Assembly (NCBI RefSeq): GCF_006345805.1
Contig: NW_021834452.1
Span: 1 to 48,377 of the forward strand
Direction: 5' to 3'
Length of the DNA: 48,377 bases
Source of the DNA: Octopus sinensis
Lineage: Eukaryota
In this document: one piece after another, positions 24,698 through 37,973 of the stretch
Layout: every line of letters starts with the position of its first letter
Numbering within the stretch: the stretch's first letter is position 1
Made by a program: the position numbers and the translations under genes
Notes under the pieces: model-generated
The model's input: the letters and a program-made list of their open reading frames with translations, nothing else
What the model was told of the DNA's origin: nothing
Database searches by the model: none

Positions 24698-25391
24698 ATT
24701 ACGCAACCAAAGGATCATGCACACAATGACACAAACGCTTTTTCACCTATAATATGTCCGTGTGAATAGGTTTTGCATGTGTGCGCGTGTGTATGTGTGT
24801 ATGTCCGTGTCCGTGTGTACGCAAGTGTGTACATGCGAGTCTGTCTGTGTGTATGTGCATCCGAGTATGTGTACGTGTATGTGAAATGCATTATTCCATA
24901 TTTGAATTGCTTCTGCTAGTATCTTCATGTATCCATGTGTGTGTGTGTGTATGGGTGTGTGTATATGTTTTAGTGTAAGCAGACTTGTATATAACAAGTA
25001 TTTGTGCACATGTAGTGTTTTATCAGTGTGTGCATGTATACACATGCGTATATGTCTCTGTGTAATGTGTGTGTACGTGTGTGTCTGTATGTGTGTGTGC
25101 GTGTGTGTCTGTGTGTGTGTGTGTGTTGTGTGTTTTACTGTGTGCGTATGTACAGTTATTCATTCATATCAATTTGTTTCGCCGTAGCTAAGAGCGATAA
25201 ATAAATTTACAAAGAAGAAAACGAATAACAAATAAAAAAAGAGATTGCAAAGAGAAGTAAAACATGAAAATAATAAGAATATAAATATATTTAAAAATAA
25301 AATAATTGCCCATCTATATGAGAAGCAAAATTACGGAGAATGGAGAGAAAAAGTGGCATAAAAATGTACATCATATATATATATATAATAT

Positions 25392-25423
<32 letters not shown>

Positions 25424-25444
25424 ATATATATATATATGAATGTA

Positions 25445-25507
<63 letters not shown>

Positions 25508-25787
25508 TACCCAAACAAAATGGAGGTTATGCAAAAGAAAAAAGAACATGGCTGAAACCGTGATGTCTTATGAACAGTATCGCTCTTCATTTCCTTGTTT
25601 TTCTTCGCATCTTCAACAGTGAGACATCAATTATAAGTGCATTTACTATGTAAAAGCGACCCCGCTACCTCGAGACCCACATACCCACAACAACCCGCCA
25701 GTGAAATAGTATCTCCGTGTGAGTTTTTGCAGTAAAGATTTCAAGTGAACATCTTTGTATATATACATAACCACTATTGATGTATAT

Positions 25788-25865
<78 letters not shown>

Positions 25866-25889
25866 ATATAATATATATATATATGTATG

Positions 25890-25920
<31 letters not shown>

Positions 25921-26207
25921 GAATGTATATATGTATATATATACATATATACATTCATATATATATATACATATAACCGCATACTGGCATCCATTGTTTC
26001 TCCAAACCTTTCTCACTCTTATGACAGTGATAAATTCATTAACTTACTTTTGTTGTTAATTTTGTTTTTAGCCTCCCACCAACTAATTATTCACGACTAT
26101 GTTTACTTGTAGTGAGAGTGTATATGTATGCCTTAGTGTGTGCTTATATGTAGATATACGTATATATGCGTGTGCGTGTGTGTGTGTATATATATATATG
26201 CGTATGT

Positions 26208-26526
26208 GAGGGCGCGTGGCTTAGTAGTTAGGGCATTCGGCTCATCATCGTAAGGTTGTGAGTTCGATTCCCGGCGACGCGTTGTGTCCTTGAGCAAGAC
26301 ACTTTATTTCACGTTGCTCCAGTCCACTCAGCTGGCAAAAATGAGTTGTACTTGTATTTCAAAGGGTCAGCCTTGTCACTCTCTGTGTCACGCTGATTAT
26401 CCCCGAGAACTACGTTAAGGGTACACGTGTCTGTGGAATGCTCAGCCATTTGCACGTTAATTTCACGAGCAACCTGTTCCGTTGATCGTATCAGCTGGGA
26501 CCCTCGTCGTCGTAACCGGCGGAGTC
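26208..26526 (+). mobile_element. SINE, head C + tail X (well preserved)
   Basis: gagggcgcgtggcttagtagtt A-box-like, gagttcgattccc B-box, gtgtccttgagcaagacacttt (V-domain-like motif), tail X. Confidence 0.9.
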
Positions 26527-27202
26527 TTTTTTTAATATATGCGTATATATTAATAAACACATATACACACATATGCACATATAAGTGTGAAGGTCTGTGC
26601 GTATGTGAAGGTTTGTGTGTGTGTGAAGTTGTGTGTGTGAGTGCGTCTATATGTGTTCAAGTTTCCAAGGATGTTTAGTTCCAAGTCATCCATGAATGAA
26701 TTTTATAATCAAAGCTATTTCAGCCGTGACCACACGTTGTTTGCACACACACACACACACACAAAAACTCATACACACACTGGCGCACATTCGCATACAT
26801 TCACACACACAAACATACATTTGCACACACACACATACACACTCACACACGCACACATATATACATTGATATACATGCTCATGTATAGACATACACACCC
26901 ACTTGCATACATATACACAAATATGAATACCTACCTTGATATACATTTTCCAACACTTACACAGATTACACAGACGTGTGTGAATGTGTGTGTGTGAATG
27001 CGAGTGTGAGTGTTTATGTTCACATTTATATATAGCCGTAGATCTCTCAGTCTGTCTGTCTCCCTGTCTATCTGTCTATCTCTCCATCTTTCTATATATT
27101 CTATTCTATCAATCTGTCTGTATGCCTTGGTCTATCTATCTATATATATTGCATAATATATTTCTGTTCAGTACAGTCCAGTTCATGTAATATATATATA
27201 TA

Positions 27203-27239
<37 letters not shown>

Positions 27240-27242
27240 AAT

Positions 27243-27439
27243 GTGACCTCGTGTGTACCGTTGGCAATTTTTTTTCCTATGTCTTCCCTTCTCTGGATCT
27301 TTCCTTCTCCTATGTTTCCGACGAGGAGCTCCGCTCAAAACGTTAAACCCTCCTTCTTTCCTGAGCGTCCAATAATACTATATTTGTTCCACGTCCTCAC
27401 GTTGTTGTGTTTTTTTGTGCTTTCTTGTTCGGATTAACT
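27243..27439 (+). mobile_element. Family G pLTR-like element with hammerhead (27314-27348)
   Basis: gttt-CCGACGA-g-gagc(tcc)gctc-AAAA-cg-TT-aaac. Confidence 0.75.
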
Positions 27440-27444
27440 TTTTA

Positions 27445-27607
27445 TATAGGAGTGGCTGTGTGGTAAGGAGCTTGCTTACCAACCACATGGTTCCGGGTTC
27501 AGTCCCACTGCGAGACACCTTAGGCAAGTGTCTTCTACTATAGCCTCGGGATGATCAAAGCCTTGTGAGTAGATTTGGTAGACGGAAACTGAAAGAAGCC
27601 CGTAATA

Positions 27608-27666
<59 letters not shown>

Positions 27667-27883
27667 TTGCGTGCGCGCGTGTGTGTGTGTGTGTGTTTGA
27701 CCCCACAACATCGCTTGACAACCGATGCTGGTGTGTTTACGTCCCTGTAAATTAGCGGCTCGACAAAAGAGCCCGCTAGAATAAGTACTAGGCTTACAAA
27801 GTATAAGTCGATTTGCTCGAATAAAGGTGGTGCTCCAGCATGCCCACATTCAAATGATTGAAACAAGTAAAAGAGTAAAAGAG
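27445..27883 (+). mobile_element. SINE family A, near full length
   Basis: All modules, internal (TA)(TG) microsatellite, aaagagt tail. Confidence 0.9.
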
Positions 27884-27884
27884 T

Positions 27885-27926
<42 letters not shown>

Positions 27927-27998
27927 GTATGTATACTCTTTTACTCTTATATATATGTATATGTATATATATCTGTTGCAACATTCTTGTCACGACCT

Positions 27999-28042
27999 GG
28001 TACCTTGAAGACTGTTTTAATGCAAGAAAGTATACTAGTCCC
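27999..28042 (+). ncRNA. Degenerate minimal hammerhead motif
   Basis: ggtac-CTTGAAGA-ctg...caa-GAAA-gtatac-TA-gtccc; palindromic AGTATACT stem III; one extra U in core. Confidence 0.5.
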
Positions 28043-28199
28043 TTAATATTTTATATTCAATATTTCATCTATTCAATAAGACAATCAATGCTTCATTTCA
28101 TTTTACTATATATACTATTTATACTATATATTCTATATTCTACATTAATAATATAAAGATTATAAATATAACATAAAAAACAGAGTTGGAATTTCTTTG

Positions 28200-28242
<43 letters not shown>

Positions 28243-28245
<3 letters not shown>

Positions 28246-28375
28246 CGGTTCGGCACAAGAGACTGATAGAATAAGTACTAGGCTTACAAAGAATAAGTCC
28301 CGGGGTCGATATGCTCGACTAAAGGCGGTGCTCCAGTATGGCCACGGTCAAATGAATGAAACAAGTAAAAAGAAA
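28243..28375 (+). mobile_element. SINE family A 3' fragment
   Basis: tagcggttcggc...aataagtccc ggggtcga...aaacaagtaaaag. Confidence 0.85.
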
Positions 28376-28417
28376 AAGATATATATATATACATATATAA
28401 ACATATATATATATATA

Positions 28418-28461
<44 letters not shown>

Positions 28462-28644
28462 GAGTGTGTGTGTGTGTATGAGTATATATCCGTACATACA
28501 CACATACATATATATCCATACGTACGCACAAACACAAACACACACACACGCACGCATATTCATTCAGGCACACATTCACTCGCACAGACGTATATATGTA
28601 AGTATTGTAGAGCTGATGATAAATATTTAGTGGGTATGTGGTGG

Positions 28645-29013
28645 AAGCACTCCGTCTGTTACGACGATGAGGGTTCCGGTTGATCCGATCAACGGAACAG
28701 CCTGCTCGTGAAATTAACGTGTAAGTGGCTGAGCACTCCACAGACACGTGTACCCTTAACGTAGTTCTCGAGGATATTCAGCGTGACACAGAGAGTGACA
28801 AGGCCGGCCCTTTGAAATACAGGTGCAACAGAAACAGGAAGTAAAAGTGAGAGAAAGTTGTGGTGAAAGAGTACAGCAGGGATCACCAACATCCCCTGCC
28901 GGAGCCTCGTGGAGCTTTAGGTGTTTTCGCTCAATAAACACTCACAAACACTCACGAAACTGCGATCCTACGACCGCGAGTCTGCTGCCCTATCACTGGG
29001 CCATTGCGCCTCC
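28645..29013 (-). mobile_element. SINE, head D + tail X
   Basis: Reverse complement of the 8328-8695 family. Confidence 0.9.
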
Positions 29014-29127
29014 AGTGGGTATGTATATAAATGCAAATATGCAAGTGGATAAATGTCTGCTTAAGTGTGGGTGAGCTTTGGTCCATTGTGTATGTGCGTG
29101 TGCGCATGTGCATGTGTGTATGTGTGC

Positions 29128-29169
<42 letters not shown>

Positions 29170-29668
29170 TGGGCGATATAAAATGATAGCGCAACTGGCT
29201 TTAACATCATCATCACGGCACTACGTCCTCCGCAACATTGCTCTCCTTCACTATGTTGTTGTTCTTACTACTGCTGCCGCTGTTTTTGTTGTTGCTGTTG
29301 TTGTTGTTGTTGATGATGATGATGATGATGATGTTGTTTATTTGTGCTGCTTTTATTGGTGTTGTTTTATTTTTATTTTTAAAAAACGAAAAACAAACTA
29401 TTCTATATGCATTAAACAGATTGCTCTGCAGTTAAAGTATGCATTCTAGTATCGTGTGTGCGTTTATGCCTGTGTGTGCGTGTGTGCACCAGCGGATAAG
29501 AATTTGGTTGATTACTTCCGTGTGTATTTGTCTGTGTGTCTGTTCCTATATGTGTCTACGGCGTATCTGCATATTGCGTACACACACACATACATAGACA
29601 CACACACACACAGACAGACACACACACACACAGACACACACACGCGCGCACATATATATATATATATA

Positions 29669-30153
29669 TTCTTATATTCTTTTACTGTTATCTTTTATTT
29701 GTTTCACTCACTCACTTGACTGCAGCCATGCTGGAGCGCCACCTTTAGTCGAGCAAATCGACCCCAGGACTCATTCTTTGAAAGCCTAGTACTTCGTCTA
29801 TCGGTCTGTCTTGCCGAACTGCTAAGTTACGGGGACGTAAAAACACCAGCATCGGTTGTCAAACGATGTTTGGTGGGGAGGAAAAACACAGACACATAAA
29901 CATATACATACATACATATATATAAATACATACACAAACACGCACACATACACACACACACACACACACACATATATGTATATATATATATACGACGGGC
30001 TTCTTTCAGTTTCCGTTTATCAAATCCACTCAAAAGGCTTTGGTCGACCCGAGGCTATAGTAGACGACACTTCTCCAAGATGCCACGCAGTGGGACTGAA
30101 CACAGATCCATGAGGTTGGTAAGCAAGCTTCTTACCACAAAGCCACTCCTACG

Positions 30154-30157
<4 letters not shown>
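29669..30157 (-). mobile_element. SINE family A, full length
   Basis: All modules with internal CA/TA microsatellite. Confidence 0.85.
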
Positions 30158-30194
<37 letters not shown>

Positions 30195-30527
30195 CATACA
30201 TACATACATACATACAAGTACACACACATACACACACTCGCACACACACACACATACACACACATAATGTTAGCGAAATAATACTTGGGTTGGGTGTAGA
30301 TCAGTGTGATTATGCTCGTGTGTGTTTATGTGAATGTGTCTATCACTTTCGCTGTGTATGCGTGTGTTTGCGGTGCGTGTGTTTTTCTGTCAGTGCGTGT
30401 GTTTCTGTGTGTATGTGTTTGTGTATTTGTGTGACTGTGTGTCTGTGCGTGTGTGACTTTGCATGTGTGAATGACTGTCTGACCCGATATCCGTCCCACT
30501 GTGTTTCTGTGCTTTGGTATGTGTAAG

Positions 30528-30529
<2 letters not shown>

Positions 30530-30593
<64 letters not shown>
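30530..30593. repeat. (GT)n microsatellite
   Basis: Directly visible. Confidence 0.95.
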
Positions 30594-30597
<4 letters not shown>

Positions 30598-31024
30598 TGT
30601 GTGTGTGTATGTACGTATCTATGTGTACGTTTGTTTGTATGAATGCATGTATCTGTTTGCGTCTTTCTGTTGCTATTTTACTGATAACTCTTCCAATTCT
30701 TCGTCTGAAGCAGAGCATGCTTAATTGTCTCCCCTGCCTCCCACAACGAACCTTCTAAAATAAATCTGGCCTGGTTAATAACCGGGATGTTATATGTGCA
30801 TCACACACACACACACCACACACACATCTCTAATTCCAGGCTTTTATTATAACGACTCTCATTCTATTACCTAATTCCAAACATATTCTCTGTCTCCTTT
30901 TCATTTAGCTTATCTTATTATGACCACATTCATAGGCTTTTCATCATGAGACACTTATTGCTCCCCAAATATGGGGAGACTCTCAGAAGTCTTTCTCTCT
31001 TTGTAAATATTTTCCAATCTTATG

Positions 31025-31026
<2 letters not shown>

Positions 31027-31075
<49 letters not shown>

Positions 31076-31250
31076 TGTGTACAGTGCTCAGGTGCACTAC
31101 AACTCATCTAAAGTGTATATATAATCAGGTGTAGTTTCGACGGATTTCGGGAAGCATGAGGGCCTTAAAGGATGCAGTGTCATGGCAGTCAACAACTGAT
31201 GCAGGCAGTTTATTCCACGCTTCAGCAACCCTGAGCGTGAAAAAATTGGA
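31027..31250 (-). mobile_element. 5'-truncated CR1-like LINE 3' end with (ATT)n tail
   Basis: Minus strand translates FFTLRVAEAWNKLPASVVDCHDTASFKALMLPEIRRNYT*, matching the CR1-type RT C-terminal pattern (FF..RV...WN.LP..VV....FK), then a short UTR and (ATT)n. Confidence 0.8.
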
Positions 31251-31281
31251 ATGGATGTAGCTATTTCTCAGTCAGTTTTCC

Positions 31282-31388
<107 letters not shown>

Positions 31389-31424
31389 CTTGTCTGTCTG
31401 TCTGTCTGTCCGTATGTATATATG

Positions 31425-31780
31425 TACTCTTTTACTCTTTTTTTATACTCTTTTATTTGTTTCAGTCATTTGACTGCGGCCATGCTGGAGCACCGCCTTT
31501 AATCGAGCAACTCGACCCCGAGACTTATTCTTTTTGTAAGCCCAGAATTTATTCTATAGGTCTCTTTTGCCGAACCGCTAAGTAACGGAGACATAAACAC
31601 ACCAGCATCGGTTGTCAAGCAATGCTAGGGGGACAAACACAGACACACAAACACACACACACACACACACAGATGTATATGTATATACATATATACGACG
31701 GGCTTCTTTCAGTTTCCGTCTACCAAATCCACTCAAAAGGCATTGGTCGACCCGGGGTTATAGCAGAAGACACTTGTCCA
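31425..31780 (-). mobile_element. SINE family A lacking most of its head
   Basis: Tail and centre present; similarity stops at cacttgtccaag next to the foldback element. Confidence 0.85.
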
Positions 31781-31792
31781 AGATATATATAT

Positions 31793-32087
31793 ATAACTTA
31801 TAAAATAAGGGCGAGAGAAAAATTCTAATGCCAAATATGCCGACAAAAAGACAAATACCATGGGTATGAGTAAGTATTCCATTTATGTCTTACGTATTAA
31901 TCGCTGACGAGGGGAAAATTCTTATGAATTAACCCCGAAATTGGGACCAATAAGGTTATAACGGAATTTTTTAGAAATTTTTAGAATGTTTTGGGACGCA
32001 TAAATTATAATGGTTATTGACAATTTTGTCTTTTTTTCGGCATATTTGGCATTAGAATTTTTCTCTTGCCCTTATTTTATAAGTTAT
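31793..32087. mobile_element. Foldback element, 63-bp arms 31793-31855 and 32025-32087
   Basis: ataacttataaaataagggcgagagaaaaattctaatgccaaatatgccga and its reverse complement. Confidence 0.85.
31898..31958 (+). ncRNA. Type I hammerhead ribozyme motif, intact core
   Basis: taatcg-CTGACGA-gggg(18 nt)cccc-GAAA-ttgg(ga)ccaa-TA-aggtta; predicted cleavage after 31952. Confidence 0.75.
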
Positions 32088-32175
32088 TTATAAATTTAAC
32101 CTTTAAAGGTATTTTTTTATATGCTGGCCATTGATAAAATTTTTTTCTTTCGAAAAAAATCTTATCCTACATTAG

Positions 32176-32220
<45 letters not shown>

Positions 32221-32274
32221 CGTATATACTTATACATAAATGTGTACATGTAAACGCATATATTCATCTATATG

Positions 32275-32439
32275 TAGGAGTGGCTGTGTGATAAGCAGCT
32301 TGCTTACGAAACACATGCTTTCAGGTTCAGTCCCACTGCGTGACACTTTGGGCAAGTGTCTTCTACTATACCCTCGGGCCGACCAAAGCCTTGTTAGTGG
32401 ATTTGGTAGACGAAAACTGGAAGAAGCCCGTAGTACATG

Positions 32440-32481
<42 letters not shown>

Positions 32482-32650
32482 CGTGTGTGTGTGTGCGTGT
32501 GCGTGTGTGTGTGTATATACGGGTGTTTGTGTATATGTCTGTGTGTCAGTTTGTCTCCCCAATATCGCTTGACAACCGATGATGGTGTGTTTACCTCCCC
32601 GTAACTTAGCGGTTCGACAAAAGAGACCGATAGAATAAATGCTAGTCTTA
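32275..32650 (+). mobile_element. SINE family A, 3'-truncated
   Basis: Head, centre, internal microsatellite and start of 3' half. Confidence 0.85.
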
Positions 32651-34985
32651 GCAAAACTAGTCTTAGCAGAGCAAAACCGATATGTAAGATATCTTAACTT
32701 TAAACATGTATCTAAATTCCATTCATCCATTTTTAGCACCCACTATTCCTAGAAAGGTCATGGGGATAGAGTCCACAGACACTTCCTCCATACGGTCCTG
32801 TCAAAAACAGTCGTCATTACACTTTGAAGTTGCATTCTCAAGTGTGGCAAATGATATTATGGAAATATATACAAGAATCTCGCCCGTACATTGCCCCTAG
32901 GCTTCATGCCAGTTAGCTAGGCTTGAAGAATCATCTTTGCAATCCTTTCCTGCAGTATTCTTTAATTCATTTCTTAAGATACTATTCCCCCATACATAAG
33001 GTGTATGGCGACGAAAGAAGTTTGATAAAAATAACCGATTGGTTAATTACCGAACGATTAATAAAACAGTCAATTTTGTTAAATGATTAACTAATGGATC
33101 AATAATGATAATTGAAGTGAAATGGGACCGTGCGTGTGTTTATTATTAACAGAGTTAATCTCCTGACATAAACAAAATATAACTAATAGCGACAGAAGCA
33201 GTATTAAAACCAAAAAGTAACATTTGTCCCCATTTAAAAGTGGCTGTTGCGTTAGAACACAAAATACTGCGTTATTTAGCAAGAGAGAACCTCTCATATG
33301 AACTTTTGGTGCACACCAGCACTCGTGTTTGGGGGAGTACGATTATTTCACGCTAGCGATATAAAGACGAGTGCTTATAGGCATCACAAGTCCATATGAG
33401 AGGTTCTCGCGTACTATATAATGCAGTAAGCTTTGTTCTAGCACAATATATTTTTTTAAAGCGGAAATACATTTTTTAACAAAATACGTTTTAACACACG
33501 ATTTCGTATAAAGAATCTTGCAAACCGAAAAACAAAAAACGAAATAATCGAAACAGAGGAGGTAAAAAAATTATATGTACCAACGCAAAAGGAAAGCAAT
33601 TCTTCAAACATGTATGATAAATATACAAGGTATTACGAAAACAATTCTTTGATTTCCTTACCATAGAGAAATATCCCTTCGACGAAAATGAAACTAATAA
33701 AGAGAATGGCATTATTGACATACATACGATAAAGTATGTCAACAACATGAAAAACCTGTAGGGACGAATGTGTGTTGGCAAATTGATCGCAAAATATCCG
33801 TCGATATTGATCTCTGAAATATCAAACCAATCTGCGAATAAAAACCGTCTAATCCCAAGCACTGTAGCTAACCTCGTCCGCTGATGTGTTATTATTTCCA
33901 GAGAAACAGCCCGAGGTATATGCAGACTAAATATAATTTAATCAGCAACAATGGAAGTATGGAACAAAAACTGGGTTCGACCTTAGTGAAATTAGTCATC
34001 TTTCAAGCAAGCATGGGAAACAACAATGGAAAGAAAATATACAATGAATATTGACAAGTGAAAGAAAAAAAAGGACAGCTACTGTTACTTCACGAAATAT
34101 TAAAGGGAGAGGTCTGACACGAAAAAGAAAAGAAAAAAAATGCGGTGAGAGAAGGAATATTAAGGAAACATATTAAGAAAAGAAAGAAGTGCTTGAAGGG
34201 AGAGAAATAATTAAAGCTAGTGATCCTAGCAAAGGCATGGTAGATAAGGAGCTACGGAATAAGTAAGGTTTTCTCCCATCAGATTTTATGAAGTTCAATA
34301 AAGTACGGTAGTTACAAACCCCAACGAAACATCAATAAAAAGAGAATAGAGCAATTTACAATAAGTGCAAGAATATTGGGAGCGCAAATTCTGACAAAAT
34401 ATACGACGATGTAAAAATGGATAAGGACACAATAATTCTGAAAGAATAGCTGAGCATAAGCTAACCGGGAATTTGCCAACATAATCAAGACGGCCGTAAG
34501 CTGAAGGAATTCTCATTATTTATAAATAACCCAGATTTTGGTAAACATGTTGCATTGAAAGAATTTCTAGATAGACTTGACTCTATATTTTGTTTGTTAC
34601 AAACAAGGCAGCAAAAGAAATTCATAAAAAAAAATCTGATAAAACTATTTTCAATATTGTGAATACTTTTGCTATGTATTCACGAACATATCGACTCCTA
34701 AAATGGAATAGATTAGTAATATTTTATCAACCAAGAAGTAACGATATCGTAAGATGTGTAGAAACGAGGGAAGCTTACTGCAAAAATTATGTATTTTTAA
34801 AAGGTAGCAGAAATGAGGTATAAAAATAGCCGAGAGAGGCGTTTATTAACATAAAAAGAATTGCACACTGGTTGCTATTATAGACATCGTGCATAAAGAA
34901 AACAATTCCAAAACTGACGTTGTAATCAACTAATAATTTTCAACTGAAAACACCAATGACTTTACATTGTAAATCTCTCTATATA

Positions 34986-36269
34986 CGAGGGGCGTTCAAT
35001 AAGTAATGCTCCTGACCCACTTCCCATAGCAGTAGAGCAACGAAACTTGGCACAGTTATTAGTCTTTTTCTACATAGGAACCACTCAAAGTTACGCATTT
35101 CTACCATCCTTTGATGCAGCTCTGGAGACCGTTTTTGTAGAAGACCCCACCTTGGTCCTCCAACTACGACGCGACTTCAGAAATCAAGGCTGCATCATCT
35201 GGGAAACGCTTTCCTTTCAAAAACAACTTCATGGCTGGGAAGAGGTGAAAATCAGAGGGTGCAAAGTCAGGAGAATAGGGGGATGGGGGAGGAGTTCATA
35301 GCCTCACGTCTGTGCTTCTGATCTGGTGACACGCGAGTTGTGGACCGGAGCGTTGTCCTGAAGGAGGAGGATGCCTTTGCTGATCTTGCCCCGCCTCTTG
35401 ATTTTGATAGCTTCTCTTAATTTCCTCAAAAGTGAAGCATAATAGGCTACTATAATTGTGGTACCCTTTGCCAGGAAACCTGTCGTCACTACTCCGTCCT
35501 GGTCCCAGAAGACTGTGAGCATGACCTTGCCAGCGGAGGGCTGCACCCTTGCTTTCTTTGGAGGAGGTGAATCACGGTGCTGCGACTGCATTGACTGGGC
35601 TTTGGTCTCTGGATCATAGTGATGGACCCAGGTTTCATCCTGTGTAATCAGTCTTTTGAAAAATTTTGACTCATCTTCTTGGCACATCTCCAAATTCATC
35701 CTCGAGCACTCGACGCGTTCTTGCTTCTGGAAAGGTGTGAGCAACCTGGGAATCCACCTGGCAGACACCTATTGCATATGCAAATGGTCATGAATGATAG
35801 TTTCCACAGACCCGGTACTAATCTTGACCTCATGGGCTATTTGGCGAATAGTTATGCGTCGATCTTCCAAAATGGCAGCCTCAACTTGACGGACAGATGC
35901 CTCATCAATGGCAGAAGGGGGGGGGGCGACCAGATCTGGGAGCTGTTTCCACAGAGTTCCAACCATGTTTGAATTCATGATGCCAGCGTTTTACAAGGGC
36001 ATCATCACCATAAGTTACTTTCATTTCATCAAAAGTCTCCTGTGGTGTGCGTCCTTTCAAATACAAGAACCGGATCACTGCTCGACACTCAATAGGCTCC
36101 CTTTCACACTTGACTCAGTTCAAACACCTGTAAATCAGAAACCACAATTAGTTCAGAGCTGTAATTTGCTACTTAATCTATAGAGATATAAATAATTGCA
36201 CATACAAAATTTCAGCTAGATCAAGAAAATGCAAGTGGGTCAGAGGCATTAATTATTGAACGTCCTTCG
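34986..36269 (-). mobile_element. Full-length mariner (1284 bp), probably irritans-like subfamily
   Basis: ~37-bp imperfect TIRs cgaggggcgttcaataagtaatgc / gcattaattattgaacgtccttcg; TA duplication at 34984-34985 and 36270-36271. Confidence 0.95.
35059..36102 (-). pseudogene. Mariner D,D34D transposase pseudogene
   Basis: EPIECRAVIRFLYLKG, RWIPRLLT, ITQDETWVHHYDPE, LLQDNAPVH, YSPDFAPSD with 34 residues between 2nd and 3rd D after frameshift correction; ATG position reads AGG; stops and frameshifts. Confidence 0.92.
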
Positions 36270-37177
36270 TATAAAGCTGAAGTTGTCTGTGTATGGCAGG
36301 TTTGGTAGCCTTCAACTAACACCATCTTCTCCGAGACCCTGCGGTGCAAGTTGACCAAAATTGAGAGTATTATAGAAGAAGGCTTGCTTTTCCTTCCCTA
36401 GAAGAAAAAATTCAAATCGGACCATGTTAACACCAAAAATTATTTACCTCAAAAAGGTGCTTTTTTTCTATGAAAATCCCTAATTTTTAACGATTTATTG
36501 ACTGCTGTGTCGCCATTTTTCGGTGTATTTCAACCAAAAAAATGTTCTCTTAAAGAGAATAACAAGCTACGTAATGTCAAATGTTTACTTTTCAAAAATT
36601 TCAATTCTAAAGGGTCGAAACAAACCCGAGCAACGCCGGGCGATACTACTAGTACGCAATAACAGCCATTTTATGTATATGGGATTAGGACATTTTCGCT
36701 GAAACCCAATATTCTATTCACACTCCAGTCGAGATCATACTTATGAAAAATTCTTATTATATCTATCCATCTTTTATATAATATATGAAAAAAAAAAAAA
36801 CGTAAATCAACTTTATAAAAGAAAACGGAAACGGATGGAACACAGTTGTGCATTGATTGGTTAGTGATACTTAAATGATTATGAATAAGATAGATCTGTT
36901 AAAACTGATCTAAGAGGATGTAAATTTCTTAAACCGGAAATATTGAGTTCTATGAATAGAAAGAAATCCGTGATTTAGAAAAGAAACAACGGTAGAATTA
37001 ATTTAGAGCTCTCATGATTTAGCTTACAAATTAGGACTTGGGTTATAAGTTACAGAGATGTGCCTCTATAGAAAGAGTTTTCATTTCAGATTGTGCGTTG
37101 AAACTAAAACGAGCGCAGCTTGGGAAACATAAGTTAGCCACTCAGAAACGCACAAAGATGGTTACTTTTCTAAAACA

Positions 37178-37474
37178 TTTATTTGTTCCTTCTCGAGCCA
37201 TGCCTGACTCATAAGGGCCGGTTTCCCGGTTTCCTTGGCGTATAGGTTCACCACCTGGACGGGACGCCGGTCCGTCGTAGGTACGCTGCAAGAGGAAAGA
37301 GTGAGAGAAAGTTGTGGCGAAAGAGTCAGCAGAATTTCGCCATTACCTTCTGCCGGAGCCGCGTGGAGCTTAGGCGTTTCGCTCATAAACACACACATGG
37401 ACCGGTCTGAGTTTCGAACCCACGATCCTTCGAACCGCGAATCCACTGTTCTAACCACTAGGCCATGTGCCCCC
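37178..37474 (-). mobile_element. SINE, head D + tail E
   Basis: ggggcacatggcctagtggtt head, gggttcgaaactc B-box, centre shared with 8328/28645 copies (ccacaactttctctcactctttc), different tail ggaaaccgggaaaccggcccttatgagtcaggcatggctcgagaagg. Confidence 0.85.
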
Positions 37475-37973
37475 ATACAAAATTTATTTTGTATTATGGT
37501 GTTAAAATTTTCGTCGCCCGAAATTGCCACATGCTTTTATGCAGTGAATAAGTTGCAGTTTCCAGGAGGAACATTTTGACAACATGATACTAATAAATGT
37601 TTAAGTTAAGTAACGATCTCTGTGTCTTTCTGAATAGATAACATTTCTGAGCTTCAATCACATAACATACAAAACCAGTTTAGATAATAAAACAATGCAT
37701 TGCAGAAGAACGAGATTAATATTTAAAATGAACGGATTTCTCACAAAAATAAGATTAACATTATAGGTACAATACGCATCTTAATCTTTTATTTCTATAC
37801 TAAAATTTCACCGGTTTTACAGGAAATGCAGAAAACCTGTCGTATTCTAAACTCACCGATCTAAATCATATTCAAATGCAACTAAACAATCCTTCGCACC
37901 AAAAGAAATCGGTGAAAGTACAAACCCGAAGTATTAGACACGCTGGCAAGTGTGCGTTAGAAAATATTTAGAA

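Larger units (their letters stand above)
34974..36652 (+). mobile_element. Non-autonomous Helitron-like element (~395 bp) split by a mariner
   Basis: 5' A|TC start tctctctatata at 34974, resumes taaagctgaag at 36272; 3' hairpin cccgagcaacgccggg (36625-36640) then CTAG|T. Confidence 0.75.

Noticed and set aside
25545-25630. gatgtc/gacatc inverted motif with TTGAAGA on minus strand
   Set aside because: Could not assemble a consistent three-stem hammerhead
26208-26290. tRNA-like sequences at SINE heads (also 8328, 28940-29013, 37400-37474)
   Set aside because: Continue into SINE bodies and lack a complete cloverleaf acceptor stem; not tRNA genes
33491-33862. 123-aa minus-strand ORF in relatively unique sequence
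   Set aside because: Phe/Leu-rich composition typical of the antisense of A-rich DNA; no motif recognised
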